Assembly (NCBI GenBank): GCA_043754515.1
Contig: JAYUUO010000178.1
Coordinates: 1 to 33,973 of the forward strand
Direction: 5' to 3'
From: Armatimonadota bacterium
GTDB taxonomy: Bacteria > Armatimonadota > Armatimonadia > Armatimonadales > Armatimonadaceae
Length of the DNA stretch: 33,973 nucleotides
This document shows positions 7,238 through 16,044 of the stretch, one piece after another (positions within the stretch are counted from its first letter, which is position 1; the number at the start of each line of letters is the position of its first letter). A program made the translations under genes and the position numbers. The notes beneath the pieces were generated by a model that was given only the letters and a program-made list of their open reading frames with translations, did not search any database and had not been told where the DNA came from.

Positions 7238-10200
7238 ATGAGCCGTCCCCGCAAGTCCAGAAGGCTGTCCCCGCTTTACTTCTGGCAACGCCTCGTCTGT
7301 TACACAGTGGTCGTCATTCCGCCAGCCTTCCTGATGGGGCGGATGGCGTACGGCGTTCTCGACCGTCTCGACGCGATTCTAAAACAATCTACCCCGCTCG
7401 CCGCCGCGCTCGCCTCCGGTTCGCTACGTCACGAAGTGCGCGTCGGCTCGCTAACGCCGCTACCATCCGTCCGGGATTTGTGGCGGGACTACCGACATCC
7501 CGAAAAGCTGGGCACCATCCCTATCATCGCGGACGACGTGTCAATCGCGAGAGGGAGAACCCTCGCCGGGTCGGGCGAACTCGCGTACATGCGGCGGGTA
7601 CGCCTGTATCTTTCCGTCCCCGCACTTCTCTCGGGCAGGGCGAACGCCGCCGTCACACGCATTGAGGTGGAATCCCCGCGCCTCTATCTGATACGGCACA
7701 AAGACGGGTCATTCAATGTGCAGGAGTTGGTGCGGGAGGAGAAGAAGCCCGCCGGACCGCCGCTTCTGACCACCGTCGTCGTTTCGGATGCCGCCGTCCG
7801 CTTCGAGGATCGAGCGACGCGTTTCCCACTCCCGCAGATTAATGATCTGTACCCCGTAGACGCGACCGTCGTGATCGGGGGGCGGTCACTCCACTTTGAT
7901 GTGTCCGCCGTTCCGAAGGCGGGCACGGTGACCGCGCGGCGGCTGGGCGGTGTGGTAACCGCTTCGGGGTCGGCGGCGCAGGGCAAACCCGGCACGCGCC
8001 CCGACGCCTCGCTCCCTGGTGACCCGCAGTATAGCGTGCGTGCCGCCATCCCTTCCGCAGACGCTACCTACTTTGTACGCTATCTATTCGGCGCGATCCC
8101 GAACGTTTCCGTGAAGAAAGGGCGCGCCCGCGACGCGACGGTGACGTTGGTCGGGCCTACGGTCGGGCAGGTTAGCGGCGCGCAGGCGCACATCCCGAAG
8201 ACACTCCCCCCCGCCCCATTTGTATCGTTCCAAGCGCGCCTCGCCGGAGGAAACGCCGACATCAATGGGCTTCCAACCCGGATCAGCGACGCGGGCGGCT
8301 CGGTGCGCTATGTCAGCGCGGGCGATCTGCTCTTCTTCGATGCCACCGCGAGCGCGTTCGCGGCACCCGTCGCTCTGCGCGGGAGCGTCTGGCATCTCTC
8401 CCGCCCCCCGGCACAAGGCGGGATGGAGCTATCCGTCAAATTCGACGCGCCCCGCGTCCCACTCGCCCGTGTCTTACCCGCGTTCAAGGCGAACCCCCCG
8501 AAGGGGATCAGCCTCACGGGTGTCGCCTTCGCCTCGGGTTTCGTCTACGGTAGGGTGTCGGATCCCGCCGCGACCGCCTCGGTCGGCATCCCGGTCGTCG
8601 CCGTGAAGGGGGTGACAACGCTCCGCAACCTGGCCGCCGATTTGACTTACGGCAGCGGGACGTTGCAGGCTAGTCGGGTGACCGCGCGGACGGACCTCGG
8701 CGGCGCGGTCGCCGCTAGCGGTCGCGTCCGGTTTGCGCGAACCCCTCGGGACGGCGCGACGCTCCGACTTCTGCCGCCGAGCGAGGTTACCACTCAGTTC
8801 ACGCTCCGCGCGGACGGCGTGCCGCTCGGCAATGTCGCCACGCTGGCCGGGTTGAATCAGAACAGGTCGAAACTGACCCTCGCCGGTTCCGCGCGGGTTG
8901 CCGTCACGGGAGGGAGCCGGGGGACGCATGTTTTCCTGACCGGTGATGTGGGCACGAGCGGGTTGAACGTTTCTGGCATCCCGTTCACCGTCGGCGAGGC
9001 GCGCGTGGTGCTACGTGATAACACGCTCCTGACGCCGTTCGCGCGGTTCGAGTCCCCGGTGGTCGGGAGCCTGCGCGTGAGTGGAAACTCGCTGTCCGTC
9101 TCGGCGGCGAACGGCAAGGCTCCGCTCGCGCTACGGTTCACCACCGACGCGCTCGACGCAGGCCGGATCGCACATGCCTTCGGCGTGCCGGATGTCGGCG
9201 GGGTTGTCAACGCGGAGGGAATGGTGACGGGTACGCTGTCGTCGCCACAACTTCATCTGGCGCGCTTTTCCATAATGAACCCGCGCTACAAGTCCTACGA
9301 CCTGCAATCCGTCACGGGGTCGAACTTGATCGCCACGAAGGAAGCGATCGTTATCGCGCCCGAATCACCGGTCACCGCGCGGCGTTTCCCGGCAACGCTC
9401 CGCGTGTCCGGGCGGGTCCAGGACTTCCTGTCCGCGTCCCCCGGCGGGAAGGTCCGCCCGCGCCTCGCGCTGGATACCCGTGTCACCGATCTGGATTACT
9501 CCACCGTACAACCCTTCCTGCCGAAGCCTAAGGCTGGGACGCCGGGGTTCGCGGGCACACTGACCGACGCCTCCGCGCACATCACCGGTTTCGCGGACGC
9601 GCCCCATGTCACCGCGCAAGGGTCGCTCCGGCGCATCCTGATCGGTGAATACCCCGTCGAGTCGGGGGAGTTCCGCCTGACGTTCGCCGACGGACTGATC
9701 ACAATCCCCTCGGTAACCGTGAAGGCGAGCGTGGGAACCGTCACCGCGAAAGGCACCATCACGCGCTCGGGGTATGTGTACGGGTTCTTCGACGCGCCCG
9801 CGCTGGATCTGTCGCGCGTGTCGTACCTGACGCAGAAGTTCGCGACACTCGGCGGGATCCTCGCCGTGGGCGGCAAATTCAGCGGCACGCGAGATCGCCC
9901 GGTGATCACGACCACGATCCGGAACTCGGACATCGTGGTCGCCGGAACCCCGCTCAACAATTTGAACGCGACGAATATCCGCTACATCGCGAACCTGGCG
10001 GCGGACGTGCAGCGGATCGAGGTGCCGAGCGTTTCCCTGGAGCAGAAGGGCGGCACGCGCCTGGTGGTGGAAGGCGGGTCTTACGACTTCAAACATAAAG
10101 GGTTCGCGGGGACGGTAACCCTCCGGTCTGAGAGCGCGGAGGCGTTCCTGAACTCGATAAGACAATCCGCCTTCGCGCAGACCACGAGCGGCAAACAGGC

Positions 10201-12712
10201 TATCGCGGGTCTGGATGCATTGCCAAGCCCTATAGACGCCGTGTTCCCCGCCGACAGAACCGACCCCCTCTCCGGGAAGACGGTGGCCACGAATCATCTC
10301 TTCGTGTCGGGGAACGCGAGCGACAAAGGGCTGGCAAACTACCGCGTGCGGGGCGAAATTTACGCGCGGGGTGTCCGGGCAGGTCAATACGGCGCGGACT
10401 CGGTGCGCATAGCACTTGACAAAGGGCGTGAGGTCACCGTGCCCGCTGGACAGCCCAACATCGGCATAAATATCCAAGCCAATAAGCTCAAGATCGCGGA
10501 TTTCGTCGCGGATCAGTTTCTCGCTAGCGGCTCGTTGGTAGGAGAACTGGCGACCGTCGGGAGAGCGCGTCTGATCTCTCGCGCGAGTACTATCGAGGCT
10601 TCCGGCACCGCTGGGCTGGGCGAAGGGGGGCGCGTAAATGCTCTGATTGACTCGAACTCCGTTCCCTTCGACCTGATCCGCGCTTTTGTTCCTGGCCTAC
10701 CGCTGTCCGGTAGTTTAGCGGTGAGTATTCTGGCGACAGGAAATACTAAGACTCCTGACGTGAGAGCATCCATTGAGGGGCAGAACATCGTGGTTTCGCC
10801 GCCGACCACAACTGGCGTGAAGGACGCTACAACCCTGCCCTCTGCCGGGGCGGCGACACCCGTCGGCACGGTGCCTCCCCCCGCGAACACAGTCGTTCTG
10901 TCACTGGTACGCGCCATCGCCCGGATCAACACGGACAAGGTCGGCAAGCGTTTCCTCGAAATCTCCGACGCGCAAGTGTCCCGCGAGGGCGGCGGGCAGT
11001 TGCAAGCCGACGCCCGCATCCCGTTCTCGTATACCGCCCCGTTCATCCCGCCGACCGAGCCACTCGCGGTACATCTCCAATTCCCACAGCAGGAACTTAA
11101 GGCGATTTCACTGCCCGCCATCAACGCGGTCGCGGTGATGGAGCCGATCAAGAAGGCGAAAAAGGGGACGAAGCCCGAGGAATTGCCGGGCTTCACGAGT
11201 GGCCTCGCCGAAGGGGAGATCGCGTTAGGCGGCACGCTACGCGAGCCGAACTTGACTGGCTTGATCAGCGTCAAGGGTGCCGCGTATCGGTTCAAGAAGG
11301 CATTCGGCAGGGAGTCGCTGAACGCTGTCTCGGACGCGGACGCGACCATTACATTGACAGGTTCGCGCGTGCGTGTTGACTCGACGATCAAACTAGCGAA
11401 GCCGAACGGAGGGCACGGCGATAACGGCTCGCTGAGTCTGAACGGCGACGTCACGATCAGCGAACTCGAGACCCTTCTGGGCGCGCTGAGTAACAGTACG
11501 AAGGTGGGAACGGAGGCGGCTCCGAAACGCAACTTCGGTGCTGGCACATCAGTGAATATGGTCGCCACGTTCGCGAACCTGGAGCCGGTGGAGAACGGTT
11601 ATTTCGGCATGAAGGAATCGTTCCGGGGTAAAATGAACGGCAAGATAGCCGTGACGGGCACGGTGAGCGAGCCGACTATCGCGACGCCGCGCGGCACGCC
11701 ACTCCGCCTCGAAAACATGCGCCTCGTCCCCCCCGCGCAGAAGGAGCAGGACATCGTTGCTCAGATCCCGGTAGACGCAGCACCATTCTTCGACATAGAG
11801 ATTGACGCGCCGGGCAAGAACACGATCAACGCGGGGGGGATCGTCTCCGTTGACGTGTCTGGCTCGGCGCGCGTCACCGGGTCTTTGGGTAGGCCTTCCG
11901 TTCAGGGGGATTTTCTGACCGAGGGCGGAGCCCTACAATATCTACTCGGTCGCTTCACGATAGACAAGGGTGGGCGGGTCACGCTGGTTTACCGGGGCAA
12001 TTCCGGGTACGTGGACTTCGACGAGAACGACCCGGTGACAGCGCGAACCACCGCTTATCTCCGCCCCGGTGAATCGTTGCAGACGGGGACGCAGTCACGG
12101 GGCGGCCCACCGATCGCCTCAACCCAGCCCTCGGCCGAGGGGCGTGGCACGCGCTACAAGATCACCACGGAACTCGCGGGCCGCTTCGCCTTCGGTGCCT
12201 CCGCTACTCCGTCCAGCAACACGTTCAAGATCAGCCCTTCGTCCGACCCGCCCCTGACGCCGACCGAAATCTACTCGCTCCTTCTCCCTAGGGCACAGCT
12301 CGCCAGCGCAGCGTCCGGCGATTTTTCGCGATTCAGTCAGGATATAGCGAACAACATCATCAACAACAGTGTCATCCCTGGACTATTCACGCCCATTGAG
12401 GATCGTCTGGCGAGTACGTTCGGGCTGGAGCAGTTTTCCGTAGACTACTCGACCTCGGCCCCGATTACATTTACCCTGTTGAAGCGACTACCCGACCCAC
12501 TCGAGCGTTTCCTGATCACCTACACACGCTCGGTCCAGAGCGGGGGTGGAACGCGGGCCGGGGGGCAGGTTCCCTACACGGCGGGTCTGCTTTTCGAGTT
12601 GTACCAACTGCGGTCCCGGCCGGACAAGCCGGTGCCGCGCATCCAGTTCGGCGTCTTCACCAACGAGCAACAGGATCTCTCCGGCAACCTGCGCGCCACC
12701 ATCGCCTACTGA
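7238..12712 (+). CDS. TamB/AsmA-like large beta-taco repeat envelope protein (1824 aa)
   Basis: N-terminal TM anchor, AsmA-like L.R..DGSFN motif, repeated G..G....P beta units (VTGTLSSP, FSGTRDRP, LGGTLREP, VTGSLGRPSVQG). C-terminal LSS.PPL...EI.SLL and FGL..F DUF490-like end finishing in an aromatic residue. Confidence 0.8.
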   Translation: MSRPRKSRRLSPLYFWQRLVCYTVVVIPPAFLMGRMAYGVLDRLDAILKQSTPLAAALASGSLRHEVRVGSLTPLPSVRDLWRDYRHPEKLGTIPIIADDVSIARGRTLAGSGELAYMRRVRLYLSVPALLSGRANAAVTRIEVESPRLYLIRHKDGSFNVQELVREEKKPAGPPLLTTVVVSDAAVRFEDRATRFPLPQINDLYPVDATVVIGGRSLHFDVSAVPKAGTVTARRLGGVVTASGSAAQGKPGTRPDASLPGDPQYSVRAAIPSADATYFVRYLFGAIPNVSVKKGRARDATVTLVGPTVGQVSGAQAHIPKTLPPAPFVSFQARLAGGNADINGLPTRISDAGGSVRYVSAGDLLFFDATASAFAAPVALRGSVWHLSRPPAQGGMELSVKFDAPRVPLARVLPAFKANPPKGISLTGVAFASGFVYGRVSDPAATASVGIPVVAVKGVTTLRNLAADLTYGSGTLQASRVTARTDLGGAVAASGRVRFARTPRDGATLRLLPPSEVTTQFTLRADGVPLGNVATLAGLNQNRSKLTLAGSARVAVTGGSRGTHVFLTGDVGTSGLNVSGIPFTVGEARVVLRDNTLLTPFARFESPVVGSLRVSGNSLSVSAANGKAPLALRFTTDALDAGRIAHAFGVPDVGGVVNAEGMVTGTLSSPQLHLARFSIMNPRYKSYDLQSVTGSNLIATKEAIVIAPESPVTARRFPATLRVSGRVQDFLSASPGGKVRPRLALDTRVTDLDYSTVQPFLPKPKAGTPGFAGTLTDASAHITGFADAPHVTAQGSLRRILIGEYPVESGEFRLTFADGLITIPSVTVKASVGTVTAKGTITRSGYVYGFFDAPALDLSRVSYLTQKFATLGGILAVGGKFSGTRDRPVITTTIRNSDIVVAGTPLNNLNATNIRYIANLAADVQRIEVPSVSLEQKGGTRLVVEGGSYDFKHKGFAGTVTLRSESAEAFLNSIRQSAFAQTTSGKQAIAGLDALPSPIDAVFPADRTDPLSGKTVATNHLFVSGNASDKGLANYRVRGEIYARGVRAGQYGADSVRIALDKGREVTVPAGQPNIGINIQANKLKIADFVADQFLASGSLVGELATVGRARLISRASTIEASGTAGLGEGGRVNALIDSNSVPFDLIRAFVPGLPLSGSLAVSILATGNTKTPDVRASIEGQNIVVSPPTTTGVKDATTLPSAGAATPVGTVPPPANTVVLSLVRAIARINTDKVGKRFLEISDAQVSREGGGQLQADARIPFSYTAPFIPPTEPLAVHLQFPQQELKAISLPAINAVAVMEPIKKAKKGTKPEELPGFTSGLAEGEIALGGTLREPNLTGLISVKGAAYRFKKAFGRESLNAVSDADATITLTGSRVRVDSTIKLAKPNGGHGDNGSLSLNGDVTISELETLLGALSNSTKVGTEAAPKRNFGAGTSVNMVATFANLEPVENGYFGMKESFRGKMNGKIAVTGTVSEPTIATPRGTPLRLENMRLVPPAQKEQDIVAQIPVDAAPFFDIEIDAPGKNTINAGGIVSVDVSGSARVTGSLGRPSVQGDFLTEGGALQYLLGRFTIDKGGRVTLVYRGNSGYVDFDENDPVTARTTAYLRPGESLQTGTQSRGGPPIASTQPSAEGRGTRYKITTELAGRFAFGASATPSSNTFKISPSSDPPLTPTEIYSLLLPRAQLASAASGDFSRFSQDIANNIINNSVIPGLFTPIEDRLASTFGLEQFSVDYSTSAPITFTLLKRLPDPLERFLITYTRSVQSGGGTRAGGQVPYTAGLLFELYQLRSRPDKPVPRIQFGVFTNEQQDLSGNLRATIAY

Positions 12713-12749
12713 CGCTCACCGGCCTGCCGACGCCGCCCGCGCGAGGGGG

Positions 12750-12755
12750 TATAAT
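12750..12755 (+). promoter_or_regulatory. -10 box (TATAAT) upstream of the ECF operon
   Basis: Perfect TATAAT in the intergenic gap about 105 nt upstream of ATG12861. Confidence 0.5.
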
Positions 12756-12860
12756 CACTCCGTCCCCGCGCACGCGACGCGCGACCGGGAACTAACTATC
12801 GCCCCTCCCGCGCATGAACCAAAGACGGGTATTCCCCGCTCGGGCGCGAGGGGCAGAAAA

Positions 12861-13514
12861 ATGGCGGCGTTCCCGATTTTGAGCAGTTGGAACTGGTTGG
12901 GCAAAGGGCGGGCGGTGGCGAGCGATTCCGTCACGAAGGGTGGCGCACGCGGGGGCACCGAACGAGACCGTCTTCTCGCTTTTGAGCAGATGATTTTCGC
13001 GGACTGGGAGCGGTTTCACCGGTACGCGCTACGGCTTTGTCAGGGGCGCGTGGACGACGCGGAGGACCTGCTCTCCGAAAGCATGCTCGATGCCTTCAAG
13101 GCGTTCGAGAACTACCGGGGCGACGGGTTCGACCGGTGGTTCTTCCGCATGATCACTAACAACCGCATTGATATGGCGCGCCGCGCGAAGGTCCGCCGCG
13201 CGGAGAGCCTCGACACGGTATTTGGGGATGCCAACAATGAGGCGCAGGGGCGTGACGTGCCTGACGACGCTCGTAACGAGCCGTCGCGACAGATACTCGA
13301 TCCCCTCTATTCGGAGCCGATCGCGAAGGCTCTGGACGCTCTGCCGGAGGATTTCCGCGCCGCGGTCTTGCTGTGTGACGTCGAGCAGATGGACTACGCC
13401 GAGATCGCGATCACGCTTGGGGTTCCCATCGGCACCGTCCGCTCCCGCATTCACCGGGGTCGCCACCAGATGCGCGAGACGCTACTCAAATCGGGATGGA
13501 AACTGGGCGATTAA
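12861..13514 (+). CDS. ECF sigma factor (RpoE/SigE-like)
   Basis: Region 2 DAEDLLSE...AF...F.RWFFRM..N. Region 4 LP..FR.AVLLCD....Y.EIA..LG.P.GTVRSRIHRGR. GAGGGG RBS before ATG12861. Confidence 0.92.
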   Translation: MAAFPILSSWNWLGKGRAVASDSVTKGGARGGTERDRLLAFEQMIFADWERFHRYALRLCQGRVDDAEDLLSESMLDAFKAFENYRGDGFDRWFFRMITNNRIDMARRAKVRRAESLDTVFGDANNEAQGRDVPDDARNEPSRQILDPLYSEPIAKALDALPEDFRAAVLLCDVEQMDYAEIAITLGVPIGTVRSRIHRGRHQMRETLLKSGWKLGD

Positions 13515-13547
13515 CAAGAAGGATGGCGCGGGAAGGCGAACTAAAAC

Positions 13548-14108
13548 ATGATGCACGAACCGAAATATTCCGCCGAAGACGTGTCCCGACTCCTCGACGG
13601 CGATTTGTCCGCCGAGGACGCTGCTCGACTGGTCGGCTCCGCGGCCCAGAACCCTTCGCTCCAGAGCGAGCTTGAGGAAATCCGGGTGACACGTGCTTTG
13701 GTGCGTCAGCACGCCGCCCAGCTCGCGGGCGGCGGCGAGACCACGAGGCTCCGCGTCGGCGCGCGGTTCCGCGCGGCGGTCGAAGCCGAATCGTGGAAAG
13801 AGCGGGGCGGACGGCCGAGTTCACCATTTTGGAACCTGTCCGCGTGGCGGCCCGTGCTGGTGACAACTCTTGCGGCGGCTAGCGTCGTCGGCCTTTACTT
13901 CCTGACCCCACTCTCCCCCGGAGGGCCGTTCGCCGCGCCCGGCGCGGCGACGCCGGGCGACGCGGAAATGTCACTACTCTTTGACCTGCACGACGCGCAG
14001 GGGGCACCGCGCTCCTCGGTGGACATGGCGTTGCAACACCACTATACGGCGCGTGCGCAAGCCGCTCTGCTAGAGCGCGCGGACGCGGCGGTGGAGCACA
14101 GTCTGTAG
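13548..14108 (+). CDS. Membrane-anchored anti-sigma factor (RseA-like)
   Basis: N-terminal VSRLLDGDLS anti-sigma domain motif, single TM (VLVTTLAAASVVGLYFL), directly after the ECF sigma. Confidence 0.78.
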   Translation: MMHEPKYSAEDVSRLLDGDLSAEDAARLVGSAAQNPSLQSELEEIRVTRALVRQHAAQLAGGGETTRLRVGARFRAAVEAESWKERGGRPSSPFWNLSAWRPVLVTTLAAASVVGLYFLTPLSPGGPFAAPGAATPGDAEMSLLFDLHDAQGAPRSSVDMALQHHYTARAQAALLERADAAVEHSL

Positions 14109-14116
14109 GGAGTGCC

Positions 14117-15247
14117 ATGACGACCCCGCCTTTCCACTGGTCCGTCTTTGCCGCGTCGGGAATCCTGCTCGGGATCGGGACGGTCTCACTCGTGCATCAA
14201 CTGCGCCCGCGAGCCGCCGCCCTTGCCCCGTCGCCCGCGGACACAACACGCACCGCGTCTGATGCGTTGCCGACGCTCTCCACTAAAACGGACCCCGCCG
14301 CCGCCGCTCTGTATCAGCGATCGCTCGCTGCAGAGCGCGAGGTGATCATCACCGCGCGCGTTTCGGCGACGCGCTGGAATGACTCGAAGGCCGCCCCGTT
14401 CGTGTTCGACTTGATCGAAGACACCGGCAATCGGTACCGCATGACGTACGTTTCGCCGAAAGCCGTCGCGGGGCGCGTCCTCGTTTCCAACGGCAAAACG
14501 CTATTCCAGTACGAGCCGACGCGCAACCTGATACTGAAGCGGCCCGCGCCAATCCAGTCCCAGGCGACCGAGGAGCAGGTCCCACCCACGACCCGGTGTA
14601 GCTTCGCGCTGGGGGATGCCCCCGAAACCGTGGCGGGACGCCCGGTCACTCTGGTGACACGCCGCGCGGTGCCGGGTGGCGTGACGCGCGAGAAACGCTG
14701 GGTGGATGCCGAGACGGGTCGAACCCTGCGGCATGAGCAGTTCGACGCGAAGGGGGTTCTGGAGCGGCGAGTCGAGTTCAAGAACGTGTCCTTCCCCGGC
14801 GCGGTAGCGGACGAGACGTTCGCCCCCGATTTCCCCATCCATACACGCGTGCTGAGCGCGGCCGTTCGCTCTCTGCCTGCGGACGATATAACGAAACGCT
14901 ATAATCTTCCGATGCGCGCGAACCGGTTCACGCTCCGGACCGTCCTAGCCTCCCCGGCACATTCTTCGCTGACCAGCAGCATAAGCGGCCATCAACTCCT
15001 TTACAGTGACGGGCGAGAATCGCTTTCGGTTTTCGTGGTGCCCACGCGGGACGCCGAGCAACTGCGCCCCAGTGCCGGATGGGTTCTTCTGCCGAACGAG
15101 AGACAGCCGCTGATGACGCGATCCGACCGCCGTACGGACGGCACCGCCGTCGCCTGGATCCGCGACAACCGCTGGTACATAGCCGTATCCCGGATGCCAC
15201 TTCAGACGATGCTCCCCATCGTCCGCGCGCTAGTTCACCCTCGGTGA
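14117..15247 (+). CDS. MucB/RseB-like (LolA-fold) periplasmic regulator
   Basis: N-terminal hydrophobic segment. YRMTY.SP....GR..VSNG....YEP, ETVAGRP, WVD.ETG..LR.E..D..G, F.PD and C-terminal LYSDG..SLSVF are RseB/MucB hallmarks. Confidence 0.82.
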   Translation: MTTPPFHWSVFAASGILLGIGTVSLVHQLRPRAAALAPSPADTTRTASDALPTLSTKTDPAAAALYQRSLAAEREVIITARVSATRWNDSKAAPFVFDLIEDTGNRYRMTYVSPKAVAGRVLVSNGKTLFQYEPTRNLILKRPAPIQSQATEEQVPPTTRCSFALGDAPETVAGRPVTLVTRRAVPGGVTREKRWVDAETGRTLRHEQFDAKGVLERRVEFKNVSFPGAVADETFAPDFPIHTRVLSAAVRSLPADDITKRYNLPMRANRFTLRTVLASPAHSSLTSSISGHQLLYSDGRESLSVFVVPTRDAEQLRPSAGWVLLPNERQPLMTRSDRRTDGTAVAWIRDNRWYIAVSRMPLQTMLPIVRALVHPR

Positions 15248-15248
15248 C

Positions 15249-15278
15249 TTGACAAGGCGCGTGGCCGACCCTTACTAT
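15249..15278 (+). promoter_or_regulatory. Sigma70 promoter of the NrtR-type gene (probably leaderless)
   Basis: TTGACA (15249-15254)-N18-TACTAT (15273-15278), 7 nt before ATG15286. Confidence 0.7.
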
Positions 15279-15285
15279 GTGTGTC

Positions 15286-16014
<729 letters not shown>

Positions 16015-16044
16015 CGGGGTCCAAGCCGGAATTTGCCAACAGCA

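Noticed and set aside
9365..11568. Long antisense ORFs (370 aa and 351 aa) within the tamB-like gene, and similar shadow ORFs elsewhere
   Set aside because: Expected shadows of high-GC coding sequence: biased composition, no motifs, fully opposite real genes.
12546..12860. 105-aa N-terminal extension of the ECF sigma
   Set aside because: It overlaps the tamB-like 3' end and the TATAAT box. ATG12861 has an RBS.
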